Of a stretch of DNA of 64,000 nucleotides, positions 43,420 through 53,561 are shown piece by piece. A model generated the notes under the pieces. The model was given only the letters and a program-made list of their open reading frames with translations, searched no databases and was not told the origin of the DNA. Every line of letters starts with the position of its first letter. Position 1 is the stretch's first letter. Source of the stretch: an uncultured Rickettsiales bacterium (GTDB lineage: Bacteria; Pseudomonadota; Alphaproteobacteria; Rickettsiales; 21-14-0-20-44-7); contig CAZJFC010000002.1 in assembly GCA_964545245.1 (NCBI GenBank), forward strand, positions 1,119 to 65,118, given 5' to 3'. The translations under genes and the position numbers were made by a program.

Positions 43420-45732
43420 TTACTGACGAAGCACAGCCCCGAATTTGGCGGCTACTGAATCAACTATCTTTTTGGAGATGGCCTCAATTCCGGAATCTGT
43501 GAGGGTTTTATCCTTTGGCTGGATATTGACCGAAAGCGCTATTGATTTTTTTCCTGCTTCTATCTTATCGCCGGAATACACGTCAAAAATATGTACTTCT
43601 GTGATGAGTGGGTCGGCCTTTTTAATATTGGAGGCAAGGTCGTCGGCACGGACATCGTTGCCTAGAAGGAAGGCGAAATCACGGTTAACTGCCTGCAGGT
43701 CAGAGGCTTCAAATTTCTTGTATTTCTTTCGGCTTTCCGGAAGGTTATCGAGGAATATCTCAAACCCGGCAACCGGAAAATCGACATCAAGCCGTTTCAA
43801 GATGGAAGGGTGTAGTTCACCAAAGTAACCAAGTATATTTTTACCAAGCGCGAAAGTTCCGCTTCTGCCCGGATGCATATAAGAAGGTGCTTCAATTTTT
43901 ATCTGCGGGTCTTTCACGCCAAGCGATTCAAGAATGGCCAGAGCATCGGCTTTTGCGTCAAAAACATCGACATTACGGCCTTTGCCATAAACGTTTTTCG
44001 GGGTGTCAGAGCCGGTGCGGATGCCGCCGATGGCCGACTTTTCTGTAGCCACCTCAAATACAGGGCCGGTTTCAAACAGGGCAAGGGAAGCTGCACCACG
44101 GTTAGCATTATTTACGGCGGCTTTAATCAATCCCGGCAGGATAGAAGGGCGCATCTCAGACAAATCAGCGGAGATTGGGTTGATAAGCTGCACTGTATTA
44201 CCAAAGATATTTGCAGTTTTTGGCTCAATGAATGAGTAATTCACGGTTTCGGCAAATCCGCGGGCGCTTAAAACGTCACGTGCAATATTGCGGTTCTGTG
44301 CAAAGCCCGGCAGGGTTTTTCGCCCTGAATAAGGAAGTGGTTGCAGCGCTGCGTTGTCATAGCCGAAAACGCGCAGAATTTCTTCTGCAAGGTCGGCCGG
44401 GCCTTCAACATCGGTTCTCCATGACGGTGTCGTGACCTTATCACCACTCACTTGAAACCCAAGGTTCGTCAGGATTTTCTCGGCTTCTGCTTTTGTAACT
44501 TCTACTCCGGCAAAGAGTTTTATCGTCTCGAAATCGAATTTAATTTCGCGTGAAGCCTGCGGTTTTTTACCGGCGATAACCAGCTTGCTTGCTTCCCCGC
44601 CGCAGATTTTTGTGATTAATGCAATTGCGTTATGAGTGCCGGTTTCCATGAAATCCGGGTCGATGAACCTTTCAAAACGATGGCGCGCGTCAGAATCAAT
44701 CTGGTGTTTGCGTCCGGTTTTGGCTACTTCAAGCGGGTCAAAATATCCAACTTCGAGAAACACATTTTTTGTGTTTTCATCAACCGAGGTTTCAATTCCG
44801 CCAATTACACCCGCCAATGCAACTACGCCACTATCATCGGCAATTACCAACTCGCCATCAAGCTCATAAGTCTTGTTGTTGAGCGCATTTATTTTTTCGC
44901 CTTTCTTGGCATAACGTACGGTGAGATTGCCTTTTAGCTTGTCTGCATCAAACACGTGGAGCGGACGCGCAAGGTCAATTGTTGAATAATTCGTGATGTC
45001 CACCAGCGCGGAAATAGGTTCCTGCCCAATAGCTTTTAGTTTAGCGGCAAGAGCTTCCGGCGCAGCGCCATTCTTAACGTTTTTGATACAGCAGCCGATA
45101 TAATAGCTTTCGGAATTCACTTTAATTGGTGACTCAAACTCCGAATCACGATTTTCTAATTTCAGTTCTTTCAAAGTGCCTAATCCGCTTGTTGCAAGGT
45201 CACGGGCAATGCCGCGAACGCCAAGGCAGTCAGCGCGGTTGGGGGTGACGGCAATTTCAAAAAGGGTATCATTCAGTTTTGCATATTCGGCATATTTGCT
45301 GCCCACCGGAGCGTCAGTAGCGAGTTCAACAATACCTGCCGAATCAGTGCCAAGTTCAAGTTCTTCAGCAGAGCATAACATTCCATTTGATTCCACATCA
45401 CGGATTTTGGATTTTTTGATCTGGAAACCGCCATTCGGGATGAGTGCGCCAACCGGGGCAAGAATAACTTTAATCCCCGCACGTGCGTTCGGTGCGCCGC
45501 AGACGATTTGCATTGTTTCAGTGCCGTTATTCACTTTGCAAACGCGAAGTTTATCTGCATTAGGGTGTTTCTCTGCCTCAACGATTTCAGCCACCAGGAA
45601 CGGCTCATATTTCTTGCCAAGGTCGGTGTAATCCTCAACCTCAAGGCCAAGCGAAGTGAGCTTGTCAGCGATTTCCTCAGCCTTTGCCGAGGTTTCAAGA
45701 TGTTCCTTAAGCCATGAGAGTGTGAATTTCAT
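43420..45732 (-). CDS. pheT: Phenylalanine--tRNA ligase beta subunit
   Basis: 770 aa. MKFTLSWLKEHL, the tRNA-binding domain HPNADKLRVCKV, and B3/4, B5 and FDX-ACB-like regions. Confidence 0.92.
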   Translation of the reverse strand: MKFTLSWLKEHLETSAKAEEIADKLTSLGLEVEDYTDLGKKYEPFLVAEIVEAEKHPNADKLRVCKVNNGTETMQIVCGAPNARAGIKVILAPVGALIPNGGFQIKKSKIRDVESNGMLCSAEELELGTDSAGIVELATDAPVGSKYAEYAKLNDTLFEIAVTPNRADCLGVRGIARDLATSGLGTLKELKLENRDSEFESPIKVNSESYYIGCCIKNVKNGAAPEALAAKLKAIGQEPISALVDITNYSTIDLARPLHVFDADKLKGNLTVRYAKKGEKINALNNKTYELDGELVIADDSGVVALAGVIGGIETSVDENTKNVFLEVGYFDPLEVAKTGRKHQIDSDARHRFERFIDPDFMETGTHNAIALITKICGGEASKLVIAGKKPQASREIKFDFETIKLFAGVEVTKAEAEKILTNLGFQVSGDKVTTPSWRTDVEGPADLAEEILRVFGYDNAALQPLPYSGRKTLPGFAQNRNIARDVLSARGFAETVNYSFIEPKTANIFGNTVQLINPISADLSEMRPSILPGLIKAAVNNANRGAASLALFETGPVFEVATEKSAIGGIRTGSDTPKNVYGKGRNVDVFDAKADALAILESLGVKDPQIKIEAPSYMHPGRSGTFALGKNILGYFGELHPSILKRLDVDFPVAGFEIFLDNLPESRKKYKKFEASDLQAVNRDFAFLLGNDVRADDLASNIKKADPLITEVHIFDVYSGDKIEAGKKSIALSVNIQPKDKTLTDSGIEAISKKIVDSVAAKFGAVLRQ

Positions 45733-45734
45733 AA

Positions 45735-46058
45735 TTAAAACTCTAAAGCGGAGATTTTTTTACAGTGAATTTCTATTTTACCAATGTAAAAACTTTTAAT
45801 ATTTAAAGTATAATGCGTTTCATCATTAGCAAAGTCCCATTCAGTGCTAAGCTGGTCTTTAAATTTATCAAGCTCCATCAAATCAAATTTAATAAAATCT
45901 TGAAGCCTGACTTGTAATCCTGCGGTCTCGCCATCACTATCGGCAAATTTTAATATTAAATGCGTACCCGCAATTTTGTACTCTTTAAGAACCGCTGTAA
46001 ATGTAACAGGTTCACTGGCATTTAATTCATTCGCAATTTCTTCAAACTCTTCTGACAT
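45735..46058 (-). CDS. Small acidic hypothetical protein inserted between pheS and pheT
   Basis: 107 aa from the ATG at 46058 (MSEEFEEIANEL...). It is AT-rich, and both junctions read TAATTATG. Confidence 0.5.
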   Translation of the reverse strand: MSEEFEEIANELNASEPVTFTAVLKEYKIAGTHLILKFADSDGETAGLQVRLQDFIKFDLMELDKFKDQLSTEWDFANDETHYTLNIKSFYIGKIEIHCKKISALEF

Positions 46059-46060
46059 AA

Positions 46061-47098
46061 TTAAAACCCATAATGTTCTAGCCAACGCACGTCACTTTCG
46101 AAAAACTGGCGTAAGTCAGGGATGTTATATTTCAACATTGCCATGCGTTCGATGCCTGCGCCGAATGCAAAACCTGAATATTCTTCCGGGTCGATTCCCA
46201 CGTTTTTAAGCACGTTAGGGTGAACCATTCCCGCGCCCATGATTTCCAGCCACTTGCTATTCTCCCACTCAATATCAACCTCCGCGGAAGGTTCGGTGAA
46301 CGGGAAGTAAGAAGGGCGCAGGCGCATCTTGCGCTCGCCGAAGAACTGGGTGATGAATTCGTTGAGAGTCCATTTCAAATGGCCGAAATTCACGTTCTTA
46401 TCGATATAAAGCGCCTCAACCTGATGGAACATCGGGGTGTGCGTCATGTCGGAATCGGAACGGTAGGTGCGCCCCATCGAGAAAATACGGAATGGAGGTT
46501 TACCGTTTTCCATAGTGCGGATCTGCACCGGCGAAGTATGCGTACGCAGGACGCGGAGTACGCCTGCACCCCCCTCTTTCCCCCCTATTAGGGGGGATGA
46601 AAGGGGGGTGGCCGGCGGCAGATAAAACGTATCATGCATCTGGCGGGCAGGGTGGCTTTCCGGGATGTTCAGCGCAGTGAAGTTGTGGTAATCATCCTCG
46701 ATATTCGGGCCATCCTTGAATTCAAATCCAAGGCTGCCCAGAATTTCCGCGATCTCACTCTGAACCTGTGATATCGGGTGGATAGAGCCTTTGCGCTCCG
46801 GGCGTACGGGAAGGGTGACGTCCACCTTCTCATTCACCAGTTTTGCATTGATTTCGGCAATTTCCAGTTCGGCTTTCTTTGACTCGATAACAGATTCAAG
46901 CGCCTGCTTCACCTCATTCACCTCTGCGCCAAAGGCTTTTTTTTCTTCCGGCGGGAGCAAGCCTATTTTGGACATTTCGGCGGTGAGCAAACCTTTCTTG
47001 CCAAGATATTTCACGCGCAGATCATCAAGCACGCGCAGATTACCAGCTTTGCTGATCTCGTTATTCGCTTCGGTTTTTATATTTGCAAGTGCGCTCAT
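46061..47098 (-). CDS. pheS: Phenylalanine--tRNA ligase alpha subunit (carries an in-frame repeat insertion)
   Basis: HPARQMHDTFY...LRTHTSPVQIRTM, FRIFSMGRTYRSD and GAGMVHPNVL. Confidence 0.92.
   Translation of the reverse strand: MSALANIKTEANNEISKAGNLRVLDDLRVKYLGKKGLLTAEMSKIGLLPPEEKKAFGAEVNEVKQALESVIESKKAELEIAEINAKLVNEKVDVTLPVRPERKGSIHPISQVQSEIAEILGSLGFEFKDGPNIEDDYHNFTALNIPESHPARQMHDTFYLPPATPLSSPLIGGKEGGAGVLRVLRTHTSPVQIRTMENGKPPFRIFSMGRTYRSDSDMTHTPMFHQVEALYIDKNVNFGHLKWTLNEFITQFFGERKMRLRPSYFPFTEPSAEVDIEWENSKWLEIMGAGMVHPNVLKNVGIDPEEYSGFAFGAGIERMAMLKYNIPDLRQFFESDVRWLEHYGF
46560..46620. repeat. G/C-rich palindromic element inside the pheS coding sequence
   Basis: CACCCCCCTCTTTCCCCCCTATTAGGGGGGATGAAAGGGGGGTG. 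It is translated as ATPLSSPLIGGKEGGAG between the conserved DTFY and LRTHTSP blocks. Confidence 0.75.
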
Positions 47099-47100
47099 TT

Positions 47101-47156
47101 CTAGTCCCTGGTCTCTAGTCGCTAGCTAGCAGCCAGTGACTAGCGACTATTGACTC
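47101..47156. repeat. Stand-alone heptad-arm dyad (no G/C core) between rplT and pheS
   Basis: CTAGTCC CTGGTCT CTAGTCG CTAGCTA | GCAGCCA GTGACTA GCGACTA TTGACTC. The two halves are imperfect inverted repeats around GCTAGCTAGC. Confidence 0.75.
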
Positions 47157-47161
47157 ATAAA

Positions 47162-47530
47162 CTATGCAGCTTTTTTGGCAAGCGCAGCTTTTGCCTGTTC
47201 GCAGATCGCCTTGAATGCGGCAGGCTCTGTGATTGCAATGTCGCTAAGGACTTTGCGGTCAAGCGTGATGCCGGCTTTGTTCAGGCCATCAATGAACTGT
47301 GAGTAAACCAGCCCGTTCTCACGCACTGCGGCGTTGATGCGCTGGATCCAAAGCTTGCGGAAATCACGTTTGCGGCGTTTGCGGTCGCGGTATGAATATT
47401 GCATACCTTTTTCGACCTTCTCAATCGCTACGCGGTAGCAATTCTTGGCGCGGCCATAATAGCCTTTTGCTTTTTTAAGAACTTTTTTGTGGCGGGCTTT
47501 AGCGCGAACCGCTCTTGTTGCATGTGTCAT
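47162..47530 (-). CDS. rplT: 50S ribosomal protein L20
   Basis: [35 protein letters not shown]...[21 protein letters not shown]. Confidence 0.95.
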   Translation of the reverse strand: MTHATRAVRAKARHKKVLKKAKGYYGRAKNCYRVAIEKVEKGMQYSYRDRKRRKRDFRKLWIQRINAAVRENGLVYSQFIDGLNKAGITLDRKVLSDIAITEPAAFKAICEQAKAALAKKAA

Positions 47531-47555
47531 GATATATCTCCTTTAAATGTATGGC

Positions 47556-47753
47556 TTAGCCGTTTGGCAGCATCTTGATAACGCGTTTAGTTTCCGCTTC
47601 GGAAAGGATGGTGGTTCCACGCTGGCGGCGCAGGGTTTCCTTTGAACGGTTACGCATTCTGTGTTTTTTGTTTGCTTGCGTGGCTTTAACTTTGCCGGTA
47701 GCAGTGAAGGAGAAGCGCTTTGCAGCGGCTTTTTTGGTTTTTAGTTTAGGCAT
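47556..47753 (-). CDS. rpmI: 50S ribosomal protein L35
   Basis: [23 protein letters not shown]...[10 protein letters not shown]. Confidence 0.95.
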   Translation of the reverse strand: MPKLKTKKAAAKRFSFTATGKVKATQANKKHRMRNRSKETLRRQRGTTILSEAETKRVIKMLPNG

Positions 47754-47764
47754 ATTTTTTCCAG

Positions 47765-47806
47765 TAGTTAGAGTTTAGAATCCGGAGTTTAGCCTCTGGA
47801 CCAGCT
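47765..47806. repeat. Heptad arm (AGTTTAG type), left member of an inverted pair
   Basis: TAGTTAG AGTTTAG AATCCGG AGTTTAG CCTCTGG ACCAGCT. Confidence 0.65.
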
Positions 47807-47899
47807 AGCGGCAATACCATGGGCCGGTTCGCGTGAGGGCGGTTTTCTATACGAAGTTGATTGAAATAGCAAGTATATTCTGAAATTAATAATTGCATA

Positions 47900-47927
47900 C
47901 TAAACGCTAAACTCTAAACTCTCGCCA
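47900..47927. repeat. Heptad arm (CTAAACN type), right member of the inverted pair, directly upstream of hisS
   Basis: CTAAACG CTAAACT CTAAACT CTCGCCA, the complement of the AGTTTAG units at 47765. Confidence 0.65.
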
Positions 47928-47934
47928 CTTAATT

Positions 47935-49161
47935 ATGAGCAAGCTGCAACCAGTCCGCGGAACGCATGACCTTTTGCCGGAGGAATTCGAGAAATTCTGG
48001 CAGGTGCAGAGCCTTGCGCGCGAAATTGCCGGGTTATACGGCTTCCGCGAGACACAAACACCGATTTTTGAATTCACCGAGGTTTTCGCACGCGGAATGG
48101 GCGAAACTTCCGACGTTGTTTCCAAGGAAATGTATACTTTTGAGGACAGGGGGGGCGAGAAAATCACCTTACGCCCGGAGTTCACGGCGGGTTTGGTGCG
48201 CAGCTTCATCAGCAACGGTTTACAGCAGCATTTACCTTTGAAACTATTCTCTACCGGGCCGGTTTTCCGCTATGAGCGTCCGCAAAAGGGACGTCAACGC
48301 CAGTTCCATCAGGTGAATTTCGAGCAGTTCGGCGGGCGTTCCAGCCTGATCGATTTTGAAATGATCGAGATGGCCGACCGCTTCCTGAAAATGCTTGGCA
48401 TTAAAGCGGAACTGCAAATCAACAGCTTGGGTGATATGAACTCGCGCCTGAAATACCGTGATGCGCTGGTGGAATATTTAAAAAAATTTGAGGGCGACTT
48501 GAGCGCGGATTCCAAAACCCGCCTTGTGAAAAACCCAATGCGCATTCTTGATTCCAAGGATGAAGGCGACCACAAGATACTCGAAAACGCGCCGCAGATG
48601 AACAATTATCTTACCACTGATTCGCTTACATATTACATTCAGATCAAAGACAAACTCGCAAAGCATAATGTGGCTTTCACTGAGAACCAGAAGCTGGTGC
48701 GCGGGCTGGATTATTACACCGATATTGTGTTCGAGTTCGTTTCCGGCGACTTAGGCGCGCAAAATACCATTCTGGCCGGTGGCCGTTATGATGGGCTGGT
48801 GAAGCAGATGGGCGGAGCGGATACCCCGGCGGTCGGCTGGGCAGCGGGTATGGAGCGGTTGATTCTTGCGGCAAAGCTGGAACCAACAGAAGAGGAAAAA
48901 TATGTGGTTATCGGCAATTCAGAAGAATATCAGAATGATTTGCTCGATATCGCCAAAACCCTTCGTGATGCCGGAAAGCGGGTGGTTATCGCTCATCAGT
49001 TCAATATCGGCAAAGCGCTCAAATTCGCGAATAAGGAAAATGCCACCCATGTTGTTATCCTCGGTGAGGAGGAAAAAGCCAAAGGCGTGGTGCAGCTTAA
49101 AAATTTCGTCAGCGGCGGGCAGAAAGAAATTAAAGTTGAAGAATTGGGCAAAAATCTATAG
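47935..49161 (+). CDS. hisS: Histidine--tRNA ligase
   Basis: The class II motifs VRGTHDLLP, LRPEFTAGLVR and FRYERPQKGRQRQFHQ, GGRYDGL, and a C-terminal anticodon-binding domain. Confidence 0.92.
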   Translation: MSKLQPVRGTHDLLPEEFEKFWQVQSLAREIAGLYGFRETQTPIFEFTEVFARGMGETSDVVSKEMYTFEDRGGEKITLRPEFTAGLVRSFISNGLQQHLPLKLFSTGPVFRYERPQKGRQRQFHQVNFEQFGGRSSLIDFEMIEMADRFLKMLGIKAELQINSLGDMNSRLKYRDALVEYLKKFEGDLSADSKTRLVKNPMRILDSKDEGDHKILENAPQMNNYLTTDSLTYYIQIKDKLAKHNVAFTENQKLVRGLDYYTDIVFEFVSGDLGAQNTILAGGRYDGLVKQMGGADTPAVGWAAGMERLILAAKLEPTEEEKYVVIGNSEEYQNDLLDIAKTLRDAGKRVVIAHQFNIGKALKFANKENATHVVILGEEEKAKGVVQLKNFVSGGQKEIKVEELGKNL

Positions 49162-49170
49162 TAACACGTC

Positions 49171-49197
49171 ACCCCGCATTTGTTGTGGGGTCTGGTT
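49171..49197 (+). terminator. Possible weak intrinsic terminator / repeat hairpin after hisS
   Basis: ACCCCGCA-TTTGT-TGTGGGGT (one G-U pair) followed by CTGGTTT. The T-tract is poor. Confidence 0.3.
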
Positions 49198-49267
49198 TAA
49201 GAGGCAACTAACCGGATTGCTTCGCTAACCGGATGCCGTGATGAACACGGTATGACGAAGGAGAAAT

Positions 49268-50335
49268 ATGTCAATCGAAACCAAATTAGACGGTATCCTT
49301 AAAAGGTTCGATGAGCTGAATAACAAGATTCTTCAGCCCGGAATCGACCCTAAGGAATACGTCGCCGCAAATAAGGAGATCGCTTCCATGCAGGGTGCGG
49401 TAGCGGTTATACGTGAGTTCAAGGCCATCAAGGCCGATATTGCGGCTGCCGAAGAAATGATGAAAGACCCGGAGATGAAAGTATTCGCCGAGGAGGAATA
49501 TCAGGCCGCGAAAGACAAATTGCCGGAAGTTGAACGCAGGATGAAACTTGCCCTGCTACCCAAAGACGAAGCCGATGAAAAGAACGCAATCCTTGAGGTT
49601 CGCCCTGCTGCGGGTGGCGATGAGGCGGGGCTTTTCGCCGCCGAGCTGTTCCGTATGTATGGCCGCTATGCCGAGCAGGTGGGCTGGAAATTTGAAGTAA
49701 TGAGCATAACCGACACCGGGCTTGGCGGATATAAAGAGGCTTCGGCCACGATTACCGGCAATAACGTGTTCGCGAAACTGAAATTTGAATCCGGCGTCCA
49801 CCGCGTGCAGCGCGTGCCGAAAACCGAGGCAGGAGGTCGTGTTCACACATCAACTGCAACCGTTGCCGTTCTCCCTGAGGCCGAAGAAGTTGATATCAAA
49901 ATCAATGAAAATGACCTTCGTATTGACGTTTACCGTTCGTCAGGCCCCGGCGGGCAGTCGGTTAACACAACCGATTCCGCAGTGCGCATCACCCACTTGC
50001 CGACAGGTGTTGCGGTGGCGATTCAGGACGAAAAATCACAGCTCAAAAATAAGGCTAAAGCGCTGAAAATCCTCCGTTCACGCCTTTATGAAGCGGAGCG
50101 CCAGCGCAAAGCTGATGAATATGCCGCGCACCGCAAAGGGCAGGTTGGAACGGGTGACCGTTCGGAGCGCATACGCACCTATAATTTCCCCCAGAGCCGC
50201 GTGACAGACCACCGCATCAACCAGTCCACCAATGATATTACCGGGTTCATGGAAGGCGCAAAGCCTCTCCAGCAGATGATTGACGGGCTTATCCAGAACG
50301 ACGAAGCCGAGAAACTCGCAATGGCGGGGGATTAG
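49268..50335 (+). CDS. prfA: Peptide chain release factor 1
   Basis: GGQ motif [23 protein letters not shown] and an RF1-type recognition loop [21 protein letters not shown] (the PxT motif reads PKT here). Confidence 0.92.
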   Translation: MSIETKLDGILKRFDELNNKILQPGIDPKEYVAANKEIASMQGAVAVIREFKAIKADIAAAEEMMKDPEMKVFAEEEYQAAKDKLPEVERRMKLALLPKDEADEKNAILEVRPAAGGDEAGLFAAELFRMYGRYAEQVGWKFEVMSITDTGLGGYKEASATITGNNVFAKLKFESGVHRVQRVPKTEAGGRVHTSTATVAVLPEAEEVDIKINENDLRIDVYRSSGPGGQSVNTTDSAVRITHLPTGVAVAIQDEKSQLKNKAKALKILRSRLYEAERQRKADEYAAHRKGQVGTGDRSERIRTYNFPQSRVTDHRINQSTNDITGFMEGAKPLQQMIDGLIQNDEAEKLAMAGD

Positions 50336-51648
50336 CGGCTATGCACTGGCTCATTTCCTCGTTCTGCTCTCCGGATATCTGTTTTACTGACAAAACTGTA
50401 TGGCGGTTTAGGCGGTTTTTCACGTGTTCTGGAGAAATCCATTCTTTCAACGGTAATTAACCCTGATTCTTTTTTTGAAAGTTCCAGCTGTGCAGCGAAT
50501 AGCTCAGGCATGGGGAATGCAACTGTTGTAACCGGGCTGCCGCAATTGGTGAAGTAGAGTCGTTCGTGTACTGGTTCGGTTCTTTTCTCAAACAATGTTT
50601 CATCATATAGCACCAGCAATCTGATATTTTCATCGCGCGCAAAAGCGTGAAGTGTTAGCGGGTTAATGTGTGCAGGTTGGATAACATATTCGCTCTTTTT
50701 ACGAATTGGCCGATTAACATTAAGTTCATGTCTGATTGTCACATTATATTTTTCACGGAGTAGCTGATTTAATTCGGCTATCGGCATAAGGTTCCTGTCG
50801 CCCGGCAGGTTGAAAGAAACAAGAATTTGCCTGCCGTCTGCATCTACCGAGTCATACACCCTTGTTTTTAACTCCCGGCTGGGTGGTACGCCAAGCCGTG
50901 CCGTATATTCACCAACGTAATGATGCGAAGGAAAAATGTACATGCGGGAGGCAGCCGCACGTTCACATAATGAACTGAAGCTGTTAACCCGCTTCAACAT
51001 CATTTCGAGATATTTCTGGGTGCGAAATATGTTATCTTTTTGTTCTTGTGTATATTTTTCTTTCTCGCTCATGTCGCCCCAAGCTTTTTGATGTCCGCTT
51101 TTCTGCGCATTGGCATTTTTTTCTGCCAGTCTTTCCTCAATAATATTTCTTATAGGGTCAAATGACTGTTCGTTGTTAAACCGCGCTAAAAAAGCATCAC
51201 GCAACTCTGCCTGGTACTCGTCAGTGATTCCTGATTTCTGCGGTTTTTCGGTAAGGAGGAATTTTAATTTGGGGGCCAGGTCTTTGCAAATGTCGGCGTA
51301 TTGGAAATCTTCTATATCTTCTGGTAAATTTTTGGAGAAGCCGGACAGATTTGAACTGGCCAGATAGCCTGTCAGGAAAGTGAATATTTTAGCTAGTTCT
51401 GCGCCTTCCGCAGGGTAAGGGCTGCGTGAGTCTGGTCTTATGCAGATATAATATCCGTCCAGCGCGTTATATTCAATAAGCTTGCCAAGCAGGTTTATTG
51501 TGCGTTCGGTCGTATGCCTGAATTTAGGGTTATCACTTAATCCCGGCGAATTAAGAATAGCTTCAAATATATTCTCTACCTTTCCGGAAGATAACTCCTC
51601 TGACAGTTCCACGGCTGTTCCTTCTACCATTTCATCAAGAAGTTTCAT
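50332..51648 (-). CDS. Hypothetical protein (438 aa)
   Basis: A long ORF with no motif I recognise. It is convergent with prfA, and the 3' ends overlap by 4 nt. Confidence 0.45.
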   Translation of the reverse strand: MKLLDEMVEGTAVELSEELSSGKVENIFEAILNSPGLSDNPKFRHTTERTINLLGKLIEYNALDGYYICIRPDSRSPYPAEGAELAKIFTFLTGYLASSNLSGFSKNLPEDIEDFQYADICKDLAPKLKFLLTEKPQKSGITDEYQAELRDAFLARFNNEQSFDPIRNIIEERLAEKNANAQKSGHQKAWGDMSEKEKYTQEQKDNIFRTQKYLEMMLKRVNSFSSLCERAAASRMYIFPSHHYVGEYTARLGVPPSRELKTRVYDSVDADGRQILVSFNLPGDRNLMPIAELNQLLREKYNVTIRHELNVNRPIRKKSEYVIQPAHINPLTLHAFARDENIRLLVLYDETLFEKRTEPVHERLYFTNCGSPVTTVAFPMPELFAAQLELSKKESGLITVERMDFSRTREKPPKPPYSFVSKTDIRRAERGNEPVHSR

Positions 51649-51758
51649 GCGCGATATAATAACACAGTCGGCCAGTGGAAAAAAAGTAAAAAAGGTGCAA
51701 GTAAGTTGAAAAATCTATATTTATCAATTATTTATATAAAGATTTTCTACTTTAGAGA

Positions 51759-53255
51759 TTAAACTCCTAATTTCACAAGTAATTCATCAATTTTTTTCTC
51801 TATCGTTTCGTCCATCTTAATAAGTTTCCCCCATTCACGGGTGGTTTCGCCATCAATTTTATTAGTGGCATCCAGCCCCATTTTTCCGCCGAGGCCGGAT
51901 ACCGGGGAGGCGAAATCGAGGTAATCGATCGGTGTGTTTTCAACCAGCAGCGTATCGCGCACTGGGTCCATACGGGTGGAAATCGCCCAGATAACGTCCT
52001 TCCAGTTGCGGATATTGATATCATCATCCACCACGATGAGGAACTTGGTATAGACGAACTGGCGCAGGAAACTCCAGACTCCCATCATCACGCGGCGGGC
52101 TTGCCCGGCATAGGTTTTTTTAATGGAAATCACACCCACACGGTAGCTGCATCCCTCCGGCGGCAACCAGAAATCCTGAATTTCCGGGAATTGCTGCTTG
52201 AGCAGCGGCACGAAAAGCTCATTCAATGCTTCACCCAGCACACTGCATTCATCGGGCGGTCGGCCAGTGTAGGTGCTGTGATAGATCGGCTTTTCCTTCA
52301 TTGTGATGGCGGAAATGGTGAAAACCGGAAACTGTTCAACGCTGTTATAATAGCCCGTATGGTCGCCATAGGGGCCTTCATCGCGGTAATCATCAAAACT
52401 GACATGGCCTTCCAGCACAATTTCAGCAGAGGCGGGGACTTCAAGGTCAATGGTTTTGCATTTCACCAGTTCAGTTTTCGCATCACGCAGCAGCCCCGCG
52501 AAATGGTATTCGCTTAGAGTATCCGGCACCGGCGTAACAGCGGCAAGAATGGTCGCCGGGTCAGCGCCGATAACCGCTGCGCAGGGCATTGGTTCCTTAT
52601 ATTGGCGGTGGTGGGCAGCTCCGCCACGATGTTTCAGCCAGCGCATAAGTGTCTGATTTTTATTAAGAACCTGCATCCTGTAAATGCCGAGGTTATAATC
52701 ATCGGTTTTGCTGCCGGAATTACCTTTGGTGACAACCAGCGGCCATGTGATGAGCGGCGCAGGCTCGTTCGGCCAGCAGATCTGGATAGGGAGTTTATTC
52801 AGGTCAATATCATCCCCGGTAAGCACAATTTCCTGACATTCCGCCTTTTTTACCTGTTTCGGGCGCATGTTCATCGCTTTTTTGACGATTGGCAGCATTT
52901 CCCATGCCCCACGCAGGCCAGCAGGTGGCTCCGGTTGTTTCAGGAAGGCGAGGAGTTCACCTAACTCTTTGAGTTCTCCCGGTTTTCTGCTCAAACCTGC
53001 GGCAATGCGCTCAACCGTTCCGAACAGGTTGATTAGTACGGGGATAGGAGAAATTGAGCCATCCGGCAGGACAGGCTTTTCAATAATGACTGCGGGGCCG
53101 TTCTTTTCAACCATGCGCCTGCCGATCTCGGTCATTTCGAGGCTGGTCGAAACCAGTTCGCTGATGCGCACAAGCTGGCCGTTTTCCTCAAGTATTTGGA
53201 TAAAATTTGGCAGGCTTTCTATCATTCTGTCATAAAACCTTAACGTTGGGTTCAC
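51759..53255 (-). CDS. ubiD: UbiD-family decarboxylase (4-hydroxy-3-polyprenylbenzoate decarboxylase)
   Basis: 498 aa with [21 protein letters not shown] and [10 protein letters not shown] blocks typical of UbiD. Confidence 0.88.
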   Translation of the reverse strand: MNPTLRFYDRMIESLPNFIQILEENGQLVRISELVSTSLEMTEIGRRMVEKNGPAVIIEKPVLPDGSISPIPVLINLFGTVERIAAGLSRKPGELKELGELLAFLKQPEPPAGLRGAWEMLPIVKKAMNMRPKQVKKAECQEIVLTGDDIDLNKLPIQICWPNEPAPLITWPLVVTKGNSGSKTDDYNLGIYRMQVLNKNQTLMRWLKHRGGAAHHRQYKEPMPCAAVIGADPATILAAVTPVPDTLSEYHFAGLLRDAKTELVKCKTIDLEVPASAEIVLEGHVSFDDYRDEGPYGDHTGYYNSVEQFPVFTISAITMKEKPIYHSTYTGRPPDECSVLGEALNELFVPLLKQQFPEIQDFWLPPEGCSYRVGVISIKKTYAGQARRVMMGVWSFLRQFVYTKFLIVVDDDINIRNWKDVIWAISTRMDPVRDTLLVENTPIDYLDFASPVSGLGGKMGLDATNKIDGETTREWGKLIKMDETIEKKIDELLVKLGV

Positions 53256-53324
53256 AATAGTTTCACAGTTTTATTGTATATTACAAGATAAGGCAAATCC
53301 TGCATTTTTCTTTAGGGGCGAAAG

Positions 53325-53561
53325 ATGACATTATCTCTGGGAAACGAAGAAACTTTAAGATACATGAATGATGTCGGTCAGGACGCACTCCAGGCTGGTA
53401 AATCAGTTCAGGATGCACGAAACCTGATGAGTTGTGTTGGTGATATTCATCATCGTGGCGGTTTCCATAATCCGAATATCTCTAATGACGCTTCACGCAG
53501 TGTTCCGCCTTCAATGGCAAGAGCGGAAGTTGCTCTTGGTAATGAGGGGAGGTCGGTATGA
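53325..53561 (+). CDS. Hypothetical small protein (78 aa)
   Basis: The ORF has an ATGA overlap with the next ORF. I recognise no motif. Confidence 0.35.
   Translation: MTLSLGNEETLRYMNDVGQDALQAGKSVQDARNLMSCVGDIHHRGGFHNPNISNDASRSVPPSMARAEVALGNEGRSV

Noticed and set aside
49268-50335. RF1 recognition tripeptide reads PKT instead of the textbook PAT; I considered altered stop-codon recognition.
   Set aside because: The middle position of PxT is variable, and as far as I recall PKT occurs in mitochondrial-type/alphaproteobacterial RF1. All three stop codons are used at the gene ends in this window, so there is no sign of reassignment.
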